Below, piece by piece: positions 27,820 to 38,504 of a DNA stretch of 64,000 nt (positions are counted from its first letter, which is position 1; each line of letters starts with the position of its first letter). This stretch comes from Oscillospiraceae bacterium. Lineage in GTDB: Bacteria; Bacillota; Clostridia; Oscillospirales; Acutalibacteraceae. A program made the translations under genes and the position numbers. The stretch lies in contig CACYCR010000160.1 of assembly GCA_902772935.1 (NCBI GenBank), forward strand, positions 19,967 through 83,966, in the 5' to 3' direction. The notes below the pieces were generated by a model. That model saw only the letters and a program-made list of their open reading frames with translations. It was not told the origin of the DNA and did no database searches.

Positions 27820-29217
27820 TTATCGCAGAAAGTAGTCACGCGCGTTGGTATAGCAGACGCCTTCGATGATGGTCTTTAGCGCGTTTTCATCATACGGATA
27901 CAGCCCCTGCTCAACCCAGTCGCCGATCAGGTTGCAAAGGATCCGGCGGAAGTATTCATGCCGCGGATAGGACAAAAACGAACGGGAATCCGTGACCATG
28001 CCGACAAAGCAACCGAGGACGCCGAGATTGGCGAGCGCCTTGAGCTGGGCGCGCATACCGTCGATATTGTCGTTGAACCACCAGGCCGAACCAAACTGGA
28101 TCTTGCTTTTTGCTTCGGCGGACTGGAAGTTGCCGAGCATTGCGCCGAAGACCTGATTGTCTTTCGGATTGAGCGTGAAGAGAATCGTTTTCGGCAGCGC
28201 GTTCTTTTTGTCGAGTGCATCGAGGTACCGGGACAGACCCTGCGCCTGTTCCTTGTCGTCAATGGAATCAAAGCCGGTGTCCGGACCGAGCGACGCAAAC
28301 ATCCGTGCGTTGTTGTTGCGCATGGCACCGAGATGCAACTCCATGGCAAGGCCGTGCGCGGCATACATCTCGCCGAGCGCACGCAGCACCGCATAATGAT
28401 AGCCGGCAATTTCCCGCTGCGTCAGTGCGGTACCATGCAGCGCCTTTTGCAGCACGGCATTCACCGCATCGTCGGTCAGTTCGACCGCTTCAATCGAAAC
28501 AACAGACTGGTCGCTGGCAACGCAGCCCATGGAAAGGAAGAACTCCAGCCGCTGCGCGAGTGCCGCTTTCAGATCAGCGAAGCTGCCGATTGCTACACCG
28601 GAGGCGGCAGAAAGCGCCTTGATCCAATCCAGGAAGCCCGGATTCTCGCAGGCGATGGCCTTATCCGGCCGAAACGCCGGCAGCACGGGGATGTCAAACC
28701 CGCTGTCCTTGAGCTTCTGATGGTATTCCAGGGAATCCGCCGGGTCGTCCGTGGTGCAGAGCGCGGCGACATTGCTTTTACGGATCAGTGTCTGCGGACG
28801 AAAATCTTCCGTTTGCAGCAGCGCCGTCGTGCGATCCCAGATCGCCTTTGCGTTTTGTTCATTCAGCACATCGGTGATCCCGAAATACCGCTGCAATTCC
28901 AGATGGCTCCAATGAAACAGCGGATTGCCGATTGCAAGCGTCAATGTCTTCGCAAATGCAAGAAATTTCTCATACGCTGCCGCGTCGCCGGTGATATATT
29001 TCTCATCAAAACCGGCGGAACGCATCGCGCGCCACTTGTAATGGTCGCCGGTCAGCCAAAGTTCATAGAGGTTTTCCGGCTGCTTGTTTTCATAGATCTC
29101 TTTTGCGCTCAGATGGCAATGCCAATCAAAAATCGGCAAATCCTTCGCATAGCGTTCAAACAGCGTTTTCGCCGTCGGCGTACCGAGCAAAAAGTCATCA
29201 TTCATAAACGGTTTCAT
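27820..29217 (-). CDS. uxaC: Glucuronate isomerase
   Basis: 465 aa. FMNDDFLL, LPIFDWHCHL and GDHYKWRAMR motifs. Confidence 0.92.
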   Translation of the reverse strand: MKPFMNDDFLLGTPTAKTLFERYAKDLPIFDWHCHLSAKEIYENKQPENLYELWLTGDHYKWRAMRSAGFDEKYITGDAAAYEKFLAFAKTLTLAIGNPLFHWSHLELQRYFGITDVLNEQNAKAIWDRTTALLQTEDFRPQTLIRKSNVAALCTTDDPADSLEYHQKLKDSGFDIPVLPAFRPDKAIACENPGFLDWIKALSAASGVAIGSFADLKAALAQRLEFFLSMGCVASDQSVVSIEAVELTDDAVNAVLQKALHGTALTQREIAGYHYAVLRALGEMYAAHGLAMELHLGAMRNNNARMFASLGPDTGFDSIDDKEQAQGLSRYLDALDKKNALPKTILFTLNPKDNQVFGAMLGNFQSAEAKSKIQFGSAWWFNDNIDGMRAQLKALANLGVLGCFVGMVTDSRSFLSYPRHEYFRRILCNLIGDWVEQGLYPYDENALKTIIEGVCYTNARDYFLR

Positions 29218-29250
29218 ACGATCCCTCCAAAAAACAAAATCAGTATCTGT

Positions 29251-29279
29251 ATTTTATCGCAAACCGCCAACAAAGTCAA
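29251..29279 (-). promoter_or_regulatory. Sigma-A-type promoter of uxaC
   Basis: The minus strand reads TTGACT, 17-nt spacer, TAAAAT. Confidence 0.5.
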
Positions 29280-29364
29280 CAGAAGAATGATGCTTGCTGT
29301 TTCCCGTGAAAGGAATACCCCTGTTTTTGAAAGCGAATTTGTCGAAAAGCCCTGCCCGCACGCC

Positions 29365-29393
29365 TTGACAATCCGTCAAAAACGCGGTACACT
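29365..29393 (+). promoter_or_regulatory. Sigma-A-type promoter of the EEP-family gene
   Basis: TTGACA, 17-nt spacer, TACACT. The -35 element lies inside the small inverted repeat TTGACaatccGTCAA. Confidence 0.5.
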
Positions 29394-29423
29394 GAATGCA
29401 GCAACGGAAAGGAGTGACGCCCC

Positions 29424-30296
29424 ATGACCGCATTATTGAAGACCATCACTGCGCTGGTGCTCGCCGTCTTCATGTCCCTCGGCAGCTTTACGCCGTCTGT
29501 GATTGAGATCACTGACGCGCCGGACCGCGCAGACGAAACCACGCGGGTTCTTTCATTCAACGTTCGCTGCAAAGACGACATCTATGGCAGTGTACAAAAC
29601 CGCAGCCGGTTCATCCTCGCGGCACTGAACGCCTATGCGCCGGATTCCTTCGGCGTACAGGAAGCGACCGAAGACTGGCTGTCTCTTCTGCAGGCCGGTC
29701 TGCCGGCATACGCCTTTGTCGGCGAGCCGCGCAACAACGCCAGAAACACTGAATACTCCGCCGTCTTTTACCGGACGGACAAATTCAACCTGCTGGATTC
29801 CGGTACACAGTGGCTGTCGGAAACGCCGGACCAACCCGGTTCCAAAAGCTTTTTGTCGAGCTTTCCGCGCATCTGCACCTGGGCGACGCTGAAGGACAAA
29901 GAGACCGGCAAGGTGTATACCCATTTGAACACCCACCTTGACCATGTACTGGAATACACCCGGGAGAAACAGGCTGCCGTACTCGTTGAAAAGATCCATG
30001 CCCTGTCTGCCGCCGGACCGGTTGTCTGCACAGGCGACTTCAACACGGAAGAAGGCGCAAAGGCATACAAAATCGTTGCCGCCGCGCTCGACGACACCAA
30101 ATTCACTGCAATCGAAAGCGACGACGGCCCGACCTTTCACAACTACGGGCGCAAACTTTTCTCCAAAACGAAACCCATTGACTTCATTTTCGTGACAAAA
30201 GGCACACCGGTTGCGCGGTACAAGATCATCGACAACATGGTGGAAAGCATGTATCTGTCCGACCATTACGGCTTATGCGCGGATATTATGCTGTAA
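29424..30296 (+). CDS. Endonuclease/exonuclease/phosphatase (EEP) family protein, secreted
   Basis: N-terminal hydrophobic signal. SFNVRC, GVQEA, THLDH, GDFN and C-terminal SDHYG motifs in EEP order. Confidence 0.8.
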   Translation: MTALLKTITALVLAVFMSLGSFTPSVIEITDAPDRADETTRVLSFNVRCKDDIYGSVQNRSRFILAALNAYAPDSFGVQEATEDWLSLLQAGLPAYAFVGEPRNNARNTEYSAVFYRTDKFNLLDSGTQWLSETPDQPGSKSFLSSFPRICTWATLKDKETGKVYTHLNTHLDHVLEYTREKQAAVLVEKIHALSAAGPVVCTGDFNTEEGAKAYKIVAAALDDTKFTAIESDDGPTFHNYGRKLFSKTKPIDFIFVTKGTPVARYKIIDNMVESMYLSDHYGLCADIML

Positions 30297-30322
30297 AAAC
30301 GAGCATCGATACAATATAAATT

Positions 30323-30362
30323 AGAGCAGACACGGATAGAACCGTTTCTGCTCTTTTCTTTG
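30323..30362 (+). terminator. Intrinsic terminator of the EEP gene
   Basis: AGAGCAGA/TCTGCTCT stem with an inner ACGG/CCGT extension, followed by TTTTCTTTGTTTT. Confidence 0.7.
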
Positions 30363-30422
30363 TTTTCTGTTCCGTTTTCTTTGCAATGGGAACGGTACGC
30401 ACTGCGCCCACAGGAGGTGTTG

Positions 30423-32024
30423 TTATTGTGTTTCCAGCAGCCTGTTGTTTTCCAGAAATTCGTCGTACGTTTCCTTGCGATCATAGAGACCGTCTTCGCG
30501 GAACTCGATGATACGGTCGGCGACGGACTGAACGAACTGGTGGTCATGCGAGGTGAACAGAATCGCGCCTTTGAACTTGATGAGGGCGTTGTTGAGCGCT
30601 GTAATGGACTCCAGATCCAGATGGTTCGTCGGCTCGTCAAAAATCAGTACGTTCGCACCGGAAAGCATCATCTTGATGAACATACACCGCACACGCTCGC
30701 CGCCGGACAAGACCTTTGCCTTCTTCGTCGCCTCTTCGCCGCTGAACATCAGCCGTCCGAGCCAGCCGCGGACATCCGTTTCAAACTGCAGATCGCTGTA
30801 ACGGCGCACCCAGTCGATCAGTGAATCTTCCACACCGTCAAAAAACGCGCTGTTGTCACTCGGGAAATAGGACTGCGATGTGGTCACGCCCCACTTGAAC
30901 GTGCCTGCATCCGGCTCCAGCTCCCCCATGATGATTTTGAAAAACGTCGTCTTCGCCACCGCGTCGGTACCGACGAACGCAACTTTCTCATTCGGAAGCA
31001 GCGTAAAGCTCACATTGTCAAGCACCTTCCGGCCGCCGATGGTCTTTGTCAGTCCGTCCACCACAAGCAGATCGTTGCCGATCTCACGGTCGGGTTTGAA
31101 CTCAATGAACGGAAACCGCCGTGAGGACACCGGCATATCCTCGAGCACGATGCTGTCCAGCAGCTTCTTGCGGCTGGTCGCCTGTTTGCTCTTGGACGCA
31201 TTTGCGGAAAAGCGGGCAATAAATTCCTGCAGTTCCTTGATCTTCGCTTCGTTCTTTTTGTTTTGCTCTCTGCGCTGACGCTGTGCCATCTGGGTGTATT
31301 CATACCAGAAATCGTAGTTGCCGACATACAGCGTGATCTTTCCGAAATCCACGTCGGCAATGTGTGTACAAACTTTGTTGAGGAAATGCCGGTCATGGCT
31401 GACAACGATGACCGTGTTCTCAAAGCCAAGCAAAAACTCTTCCAGCCAGTTGATCGCCGCGACATCCAGATGGTTTGTCGGCTCGTCGAGCAGCAGCACA
31501 TCCGGATTGCCGAACAGCGCCTGTGCCAGCAGCACCTTCACCTTTTGTTCGCCGGACAGCTCTTTCATCAGCTTTTCATGAAATTCATTGTGGATACCAA
31601 GCGCGTTGAGCAAAATCTCCGCGTCGCTTTCAGCGCTCCAACCGTCCATCTCGGCGAACTCCTCTTCCAGCTCGCTGATGCGGATGCCGTCTTCCTCGGT
31701 GAACTCCTCTTTGGCGTAAAGTTCCTCCTTTGCGTCCATGATCTCCACGAGCTTTGGATTACCCATCAGAACGGTACGGATCACACCGTACTCATCAAAA
31801 GCGAAGTGGTCCTGCTTCAGAACAGACAGCCGTTCCCCCGGCGTGATGGTGACATATCCTTTGTTCGGCTCGATCTCACCGGAAAGGATCTTCAGAAAGG
31901 TCGATTTTCCCGCGCCGTTCGCGCCGATGAGCCCATAGCAGTTTCCCTTTGTGAAATTGATGGAAACGCTCTTGAACAGTTCCCTGCCGCCATATTGAAG
32001 CGTTACGTTATTTGTACTGATCAA
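30423..32024 (-). CDS. ABC-F family ATPase (no transmembrane domain)
   Basis: 533 aa. Two ABC cassettes (GANGAGKST; LSGGE / LLLDEPTNHLD, repeated in the second half), separated by a charged linker. TTG start. Confidence 0.88.
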   Translation of the reverse strand: MISTNNVTLQYGGRELFKSVSINFTKGNCYGLIGANGAGKSTFLKILSGEIEPNKGYVTITPGERLSVLKQDHFAFDEYGVIRTVLMGNPKLVEIMDAKEELYAKEEFTEEDGIRISELEEEFAEMDGWSAESDAEILLNALGIHNEFHEKLMKELSGEQKVKVLLAQALFGNPDVLLLDEPTNHLDVAAINWLEEFLLGFENTVIVVSHDRHFLNKVCTHIADVDFGKITLYVGNYDFWYEYTQMAQRQRREQNKKNEAKIKELQEFIARFSANASKSKQATSRKKLLDSIVLEDMPVSSRRFPFIEFKPDREIGNDLLVVDGLTKTIGGRKVLDNVSFTLLPNEKVAFVGTDAVAKTTFFKIIMGELEPDAGTFKWGVTTSQSYFPSDNSAFFDGVEDSLIDWVRRYSDLQFETDVRGWLGRLMFSGEEATKKAKVLSGGERVRCMFIKMMLSGANVLIFDEPTNHLDLESITALNNALIKFKGAILFTSHDHQFVQSVADRIIEFREDGLYDRKETYDEFLENNRLLETQ

Positions 32025-32179
32025 ACGATCACGTCCTTTGCCTGTAATCGGTTTATTCTATCACAGATTTCTCCCCTTTGCAAGATGTTTTTATTTGTCT
32101 CGGAATATTCAATTCTTGTTCATCTCTTTTTCAGAAAGTTCGTATATGATAAAGGTAAGTAAAATTTGGAGGAATTGTG

Positions 32180-33787
32180 ATGAAATTGTTAAAGAAGTTT
32201 GCGATTTTTGTGTTGTCACTTTGTCTCGTCTGCTGCGCTGCTTTCCCCTGCGCTGCGGCAGAGAGCCAACCCTTCAAAACGATTCTGCACCGCTCCTTCT
32301 GGAACGCACTGGAATCCGTCACCGAACGCATTGTCACCGCCATCGCAGACGCCTTTCCGACACCGGCGTCATGGGAGCAAAACGACGATACGTCCGACGC
32401 CTTCTACCCGGGAACGGCGCAGATGCTGTCCGCGCCCGCCCCGGACGCCGCGTTCTCCCTGGGGTATGACACACGCAGTCTGCTCGACGGCATGGACGGC
32501 ATCATTGGCAAGCTGTATGTCGGCGGCAGCATCGCGTTCAAAGACAAGTTCGTCACAGAAGTTTTTGATGATCTGATGGTGCGCAGCGCCGCAATCACCG
32601 ACGGCAGCGGCCGCGGTACCGCGCTGTTTCTTGTGGTTGACGCCTTCGGTCTTTCTTCACCGGACGTCCGTGAGATCCGCCGGCGGATCGCCGCCGCACT
32701 GCCGGATGAACCGCTGCAGTCGATCACAGTCAGCGTCCTGCACCAGCACAGCGCCGTGGATACCTTCGGCATGAACGGCAACATTCTTGAGATGGCACTG
32801 CTCAATCCGCTGCGCAACCTGCTGCACCTCAAAACCGTCAACGGGAAAAACAACCGCTATATGGAGCACCTGTTTGAACAGTGTGTCGCGTCTGCCGCAG
32901 CCGCCGTCAACGATATGCGGCCGGGTCGTCTCTATTACGGCACTGCGGATCAGCGTCCCTATCTTATCGATAAGCGGGAACCCACCGTCTGCGATCCGAA
33001 CTTCAACCGTTTCCGGTTCATTCCTGACGACGGCAGCCGTGAAACGTGGCTGATCTCCTCCGAAATTCACTGTGTCGGCAACGGCGCCGCGCAGAGAGAG
33101 ATCACCGGCGATTATCCGTATTATGCCGCACGGTATCTCGATGAACAGGCCGGGGTCAACGCCCTGTTTTATCTCGGCGCGCAGCAGAGCACCAGTCAGA
33201 ATCACACCGCTGACACCGTCGTGAACTTTTCCGAGAGCAATACCTCTCTGCAGGGCATCACGGGATTCGGCATATCTATTGCGCAGACACTGATGCAGAT
33301 CACAGAGGAGACCGAGGTCGCGCCGCTGCTCAACATCCGTATGAAAGAAGTGACGCTGCCGGTTTTGAATCCGATCTTGTACCTAGCGGCAAAGGTCGGC
33401 ATGATCAACGCCAATGTTGTCCGGACGGCCGACGGCATCGGTGTTCGCACAGAGCTGGGCTATGCCGAGCTGGGCAAGGACCTCGCCTTTGCCATTGTTC
33501 CGGGCGAACTGGAAGCAGCGCTGGCCTACGGCGGTGTGCTGAACGGAAAAGAAGCCTGGCGCGGCGTCGACTGGCCCTACCCCTCCATGCAGCAGATACT
33601 CACCGACGCGGGAATCTCGCGCAAGCTCATGGTCATCGGCCTTTCCAACGATCAGATCGGTTACATCGTACCGGACAACAACTATATTCCCATGATTGCG
33701 GAAGAAAGCAACAGCATCGAGTTCGTCTCTCTCGGCAGCCGCACCGCAAGCACACTGATGGCCGCCTTTTGGGAAATCATCAAATGA
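32180..33787 (+). CDS. Secreted hypothetical hydrolase, possibly neutral/alkaline-ceramidase-like
   Basis: GGAGG RBS. Signal peptide [32 protein letters not shown]...LFLVVDAFG...[14 protein letters not shown] resembles the ceramidase N-terminal pattern. The assignment is tentative. Confidence 0.45.
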   Translation: MKLLKKFAIFVLSLCLVCCAAFPCAAAESQPFKTILHRSFWNALESVTERIVTAIADAFPTPASWEQNDDTSDAFYPGTAQMLSAPAPDAAFSLGYDTRSLLDGMDGIIGKLYVGGSIAFKDKFVTEVFDDLMVRSAAITDGSGRGTALFLVVDAFGLSSPDVREIRRRIAAALPDEPLQSITVSVLHQHSAVDTFGMNGNILEMALLNPLRNLLHLKTVNGKNNRYMEHLFEQCVASAAAAVNDMRPGRLYYGTADQRPYLIDKREPTVCDPNFNRFRFIPDDGSRETWLISSEIHCVGNGAAQREITGDYPYYAARYLDEQAGVNALFYLGAQQSTSQNHTADTVVNFSESNTSLQGITGFGISIAQTLMQITEETEVAPLLNIRMKEVTLPVLNPILYLAAKVGMINANVVRTADGIGVRTELGYAELGKDLAFAIVPGELEAALAYGGVLNGKEAWRGVDWPYPSMQQILTDAGISRKLMVIGLSNDQIGYIVPDNNYIPMIAEESNSIEFVSLGSRTASTLMAAFWEIIK

Positions 33788-33802
33788 CTTTGACCGGAAC
33801 GC

Positions 33803-33831
33803 TTGCATAATTTGCACGACCGTGATACAAT
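33803..33831 (+). promoter_or_regulatory. Sigma-A-type promoter of typA
   Basis: TTGCAT, 17-nt spacer, TACAAT, with a TGa extended -10. Confidence 0.5.
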
Positions 33832-33863
33832 AGCATGAAATGATTTTGAAACAAGGTGAAACT

Positions 33864-35681
33864 ATGGATGTCAGAAATGACGTGCGAAACGTGGCCATCA
33901 TCGCGCACGTTGACCACGGTAAAACAACACTTGTGGACGAGCTGCTCAAGCAAAGCGGTATCTTCCGCGCCAACGAACAGGTTGCAGAGCGGGTCATGGA
34001 CTCAAACGACCTGGAACGTGAACGCGGCATTACAATCCTTTCCAAAAATACTGCCGTTCATTATAAAAACACAAAAATCAACATCGTTGATCCCCCGGGG
34101 CACGCGGATTTCGGCGGAGAAGTGGAACGTATTCTCATGATGGTGGACGGCGTTCTGCTGCTGGTCGACGCCTTTGAGGGCTGTATGCCGCAGACGCGTT
34201 TTGTTTTGCGCAAGGCCCTCGGTCTCAAGAAAAAGGTCGTCGTTGTCGTCAACAAAATCGACCGTCCCGGCGCACGTCCGGACGAAGTCATTGACGAGGT
34301 GCTGGACCTGTTCATCGAGCTCGGCGCCGAAGAAGATCAACTGGATTTTCCCGTGGTCTATGCTTCCGCAAAAGACGGCTATTCCTCTTTGAACAGCAGC
34401 GACCGCAGCGGCGATATGCGTCCGCTGTTTGACGCGATCCTTGAACATATTGCACCGCCGCAGGGCGACCTGAACGGCCCGCTGCAGATTCTCTTCTCCT
34501 CGCTCGATTATGACGATTACATCGGACGCATCGGCGTCGGACGGGTCGAGCGCGGCCGCGTCAAACGCAACCAGCAGGTCGTTCTTTGTAAGCAGGACGA
34601 CACCGCACATAGCGTCAAAATCTCAAAGCTTTATCAATTTGAAGGACTCAAGCGCGTCGAAGTGGAAGAGGCCGCCATGGGCGATCTTGTCTGCGTCTCG
34701 GGCATCACCGATCTGAACATCGGCGAAACGGCCTGCGACCCCGACCACATTGATCCGCTGCCGTTCATCAAGATCGATGAACCGACGATCTCCATGAACT
34801 TCATCGTCAACAACTCCCCCTTTGCCGGAAAAGAAGGCAAATTCGTCACCTCGCGCAACATCCGTGACCGCTTGTTCAAAGAGGTGGAAACCAATGTCTC
34901 CATGCGTGTGGAGGAAACCGACTCCACCGAAACCTTCAAGGTCAGCGGACGCGGCGAACTGCATTTGTCCATCCTCATCGAGACCATGCGCCGGCAGGGG
35001 TACGAATTTCAGGTCTCCCGCCCGAAGGTCATTTTGAAAAAAGAAAACGGCGTCACCATGGAGCCGATCGAGCTGTTGATTGTTGAAGTGCCGGAGCAGT
35101 ACGTCGGCGCCGTCATTGAAAAAATCGGCGCGCGCAAAGGCGAACTCGAAAACATGGGTACCCGCGACGGGGGCGCAACGCATCTGGAATTCCGTATTCC
35201 CGCGCGCGGTCTGATCGGTTACCGCAGTGAATTCATGACCGACACCAACGGCAACGGTATCATGAACCAGCTCTTTGCCGGTTATGAGCCTTACAAGGGT
35301 GACATCCGCACCCGCGAACGCGGCTCCATCGTCGTCCATGAAACCGGTGAAACCACCGGATACGGTCTGTTCAACACGCAGGACCGCGGCCGTCTGTTTG
35401 TCGGCCCGGGTGTTCCGGTATATGAGGGCATGATCGTCGGTGAATGCGCCAAGAGCGAAGACGTGACCTGCAACGTCTGCAAGCAAAAGCACCTGACCAA
35501 CACCCGCGCCTCCGGTTCGGATGACGCACTGCGGCTGGTGCCGCCGACGGTGCTCAGTCTCGAACAGTGTATGGAGTTCATCAAAGATGACGAACTGTTG
35601 GAGGTTACGCCGATCAGTCTGCGTCTGCGCAAGGTAATTCTTTCAAAGGAGCAGCGCATGAAGCAGCAGTTCCGCAAATAA
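33864..35681 (+). CDS. typA: Translational GTPase TypA/BipA
   Basis: [33 protein letters not shown] and NKIDR G-motifs. Length and C-terminal domain are typical of BipA. Confidence 0.95.
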   Translation: MDVRNDVRNVAIIAHVDHGKTTLVDELLKQSGIFRANEQVAERVMDSNDLERERGITILSKNTAVHYKNTKINIVDPPGHADFGGEVERILMMVDGVLLLVDAFEGCMPQTRFVLRKALGLKKKVVVVVNKIDRPGARPDEVIDEVLDLFIELGAEEDQLDFPVVYASAKDGYSSLNSSDRSGDMRPLFDAILEHIAPPQGDLNGPLQILFSSLDYDDYIGRIGVGRVERGRVKRNQQVVLCKQDDTAHSVKISKLYQFEGLKRVEVEEAAMGDLVCVSGITDLNIGETACDPDHIDPLPFIKIDEPTISMNFIVNNSPFAGKEGKFVTSRNIRDRLFKEVETNVSMRVEETDSTETFKVSGRGELHLSILIETMRRQGYEFQVSRPKVILKKENGVTMEPIELLIVEVPEQYVGAVIEKIGARKGELENMGTRDGGATHLEFRIPARGLIGYRSEFMTDTNGNGIMNQLFAGYEPYKGDIRTRERGSIVVHETGETTGYGLFNTQDRGRLFVGPGVPVYEGMIVGECAKSEDVTCNVCKQKHLTNTRASGSDDALRLVPPTVLSLEQCMEFIKDDELLEVTPISLRLRKVILSKEQRMKQQFRK

Positions 35682-36699
35682 AAAAACCGCTCCCGGTTTT
35701 TTCCGGGAGCGCACTTTTTTCACAGGCACACCGCACCCGGCGAAGGTCCGTGACGTGCTTTGCGCCGCCTGTCTGCGCCTGCAGCCGGTAGTCCTTGACC
35801 TGCCGTTCCAGATCGCGGTTGATCTGTTCCAGCGCCGTGACCTTCGCCGCAAGGCTCTTTTCCGCGTCCGTCACTGCGTCGATCCCCAACGAGTGCTTTA
35901 CTCGTTCGTCAATGTCCCTGTCGCCTGCAGTTGGAGAATCCTCTCCAATGCTTCTTCCTCCGTCTTGCTGTGTTTGATGATTTCGACCGCTTTCTTGTTC
36001 GCGTTCTCTATTTCTTCCTCGCCTAAGCTCACGATATGTTCGATAATCTTCACGTGTGTACCTGGCAAAAAGTTCCTTTCCTGCATGATCTTCCAAAGTT
36101 GAAAGCCCCGCGGCTCCCTTTTCTTCTGCATAAAGCCTTGCTCCCTCCAAATAGTGTCCTCTGACTAGGCGATCAAAGTCCGACCAGACACCGACGACCC
36201 TCGTGATGATCGGATGTCTGTATGTTCCCTTTATAAAAACAAGGTGGTCATAGTTCGCCGGTGTATTGCCGACAAGGATCAGCCGTTCGCCTTCCGGCGT
36301 CTTTAAATACTGATCTCCCAGTTTTTCTTCACGAGCAAACTGATCCATTAGGTGGGTGTATTCCGTTTCTGTCAGCACATCGTTGACCCTTACCCATCCC
36401 CAGTCATTATACTCTTTTTGCGAATATTTATCAAGGTCCTGCAGCGCAAACTTCCCGCTGCCTTCCTTCGTCCCCTGCTTCGCGTTCTCGCCGACCTGAT
36501 CCAGCGCTGCGAGAAACTCCTGCCGCAGCATCTGCGCCCGGTCTGCCGTCATCAGCGCAAAGTCCTCGGCCGTCTTGGAAAGCGTGCCGCCGCGGATGCC
36601 TTTTTCGATAATCCGCAGGTTGTTGCCATCGACCGTATCACCGCGGTTCCTGTGCGCTTGCGGGGCAAAGGCCTTGTTCACGCCGTAAATATACCACAA
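35614..36699 (-). pseudogene. Promoterless, start-less ORF fragment, probably a relic of a larger gene
   Basis: The open frame begins immediately after the hydA terminator with no ATG or RBS. It has no stop of its own and runs antisense through the typA terminator into typA. A protein-like 77-aa ORF (35898-36131) sits in another frame, which suggests frameshifts. Confidence 0.35.
35688..35720 (+). terminator. Intrinsic terminator of typA
   Basis: 9-bp stem CGCTCCCGG/CCGGGAGCG, T6 loop, then CACTTTTTT. Confidence 0.85.
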
Positions 36700-36701
36700 G
36701 G

Positions 36702-36736
36702 AAAAACACCGGCTCTCCCGTTCGGGAAAGTCGGTG
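36702..36736 (-). terminator. Intrinsic terminator of the hydrogenase operon
   Basis: On the minus strand, CACCGACUUUCCCG-AAC-GGGAGAGCCGGUG (12 bp, one mismatch), followed by UUUUU. Confidence 0.8.
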
Positions 36737-36782
36737 CCTTTGTTTCTTTATGCACGGTTTTGCATCGTGCGCTTTTGCGCTT

Positions 36783-38504
36783 TTATTGCGGCATATTCCA
36801 ACCGAAATGATCTGTGTGCAGCAAATGGTGCGCTTTGTGCGACAACGGCTGCTCCATGTAATCCTCATACAGCTTGGTGACTTCCGGATTCTCATGTGAG
36901 AACCGCAGCGTCATATTCTTGTCAAGCGTGTACAGAATCGCGCCGCGTTCCCCTGCCAGTTCTTCGCCGTCATGGATCGGCTGTCCGCCGCCGCCCGCGC
37001 AGCCGCCCGGGCAAGCCATGACTTCGATGAAGTCGTACTGTACTTCGCCGGCCTTCACCGCGTTCAGCAGCTTGCGCGCGTTCGCGAGGCCGCTTGCCAC
37101 AGCAACACGCACCGGCGTCCCTGCGACGTCGTACGTCGCCTCTTTCCAGCCGTCAAGACCGCGCACATCAGAGAACGCATCCGCGCCCGGATTTTCGCCG
37201 GTCACCAGACGGTACGCCGTCCGCAGCGCCGCTTCCATCACGCCGCCGGTTGCGCCGAAGATCACGCCGGCGCCTGTTGCAACGCCGAGCGGATGGTCAA
37301 AGTCAACCTCCGGCAGATGCTTCACGTCAATGTGATCCGCTTTGAGCATCCGCGCCAGCTCACGGGTCGTGAGCGCGATATCCACATCCGGGTCGCCGCA
37401 GGCATCGTTGAGGTTCGGGATCGCAACTTCGTGTTTCTTTGCGGTACAGGGCATAACAGAAACGCAGAAAATGTTGTGCGGATTCACGCCGATCTTTTCC
37501 GCAAAGTAGGTTTTTGCAACCGCACCAAACATCTGCTGCGGCGATTTTGCGGAGGACAGGTTCGCCGTCAACTCAGGGAACTGCCCCTTGAGGAAGCGTA
37601 CCCAGCCGGGACAGCAGGACGTCATCAGCGGCAGTGTGCCGCCGTTCTGCAGCCGGTCGAGGAATTCGCTGCCTTCTTCCATGATCGTCAGGTCTGCAGC
37701 AAAATCAGTGTCAAACACATAGTCAAAACCGAGCGCCTTGACGGCAGCGACCATCCGCTTCTCGGTTGCCTCTTCTTTGGAAAGGCCGAGACTCTCCGCC
37801 CATGCGGAACGCACAGCGGGCGCAATCTGCACCACGGTCACCTTGTTCTCGTCTGCCAGCGCGTCGTACACTTTGTCGGTATCGTCCCGGGCACGCAGCG
37901 CACCGACGGGGCAGTGCGTAATACACTGTCCGCAAAGGGAACAGTCGGTATCTTCAATGGCTTTGCCGCCCTTGACGCCGATTGTCGTACGTCCGCCGGT
38001 ATTGGCAACTTCCCAGATGTTCAGAGACTGTACCTTGTCGCAGATCTGCACGCAGCGCATGCATTTGATGCACTTGGATGCCGTACGGATCAGCGGGAAC
38101 CCATGGGACGAAACATTTTTCGCCAGTTTGGTCTCATAGGCGCTGTCCAGCACGTTCAGATCGCCAGCAAGGGTCTGCAGCGTACAGTTTCCGTTGCGCA
38201 CGCAGGTCGGACAGTGACAATCATGTTCGCTGAGAATCAGTTCCACGTTGACTTTTCGCGCCTCACGTACACGCGGGCTGTTGGTCCGGACAACAATGCC
38301 GTCGCGGATCACCGTGTTGCAGGCAGCGACCAGACGGTCCTCCCCTTCCACCTCGACCACGCAGACGCGGCAGGCGCCGATCTCATTGAGGTCCTTGAAA
38401 TAGCAAAGGGTCGGGATCGCGACGCTGATCTGTTTTGCGGCCTCCAGAATGGTCAGACCTTCCTTTGCTTCGAATGTTACATTGTCAATCGTCAGTTTTA
38501 CCAT
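36783..38504 (-). CDS. hydA: [FeFe] hydrogenase catalytic subunit (M3-type, N-terminal 2Fe-2S plus FeS domains)
   Basis: N-terminal 2Fe-2S region (CYFKDLNEIGACRVC), ferredoxin motifs, and H-cluster signatures TSCCPGWV, MPCTAKKHE and ACPGGCAGGGGQP. Confidence 0.92.
   Translation of the reverse strand: MVKLTIDNVTFEAKEGLTILEAAKQISVAIPTLCYFKDLNEIGACRVCVVEVEGEDRLVAACNTVIRDGIVVRTNSPRVREARKVNVELILSEHDCHCPTCVRNGNCTLQTLAGDLNVLDSAYETKLAKNVSSHGFPLIRTASKCIKCMRCVQICDKVQSLNIWEVANTGGRTTIGVKGGKAIEDTDCSLCGQCITHCPVGALRARDDTDKVYDALADENKVTVVQIAPAVRSAWAESLGLSKEEATEKRMVAAVKALGFDYVFDTDFAADLTIMEEGSEFLDRLQNGGTLPLMTSCCPGWVRFLKGQFPELTANLSSAKSPQQMFGAVAKTYFAEKIGVNPHNIFCVSVMPCTAKKHEVAIPNLNDACGDPDVDIALTTRELARMLKADHIDVKHLPEVDFDHPLGVATGAGVIFGATGGVMEAALRTAYRLVTGENPGADAFSDVRGLDGWKEATYDVAGTPVRVAVASGLANARKLLNAVKAGEVQYDFIEVMACPGGCAGGGGQPIHDGEELAGERGAILYTLDKNMTLRFSHENPEVTKLYEDYMEQPLSHKAHHLLHTDHFGWNMPQ

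Noticed and set aside
35898-36131. 77-aa ORF as an independent small gene.
   Set aside because: It has no RBS or promoter. It lies inside the relic region and overlaps the longer frame, so it is better explained as a frameshifted piece of the same degraded gene.
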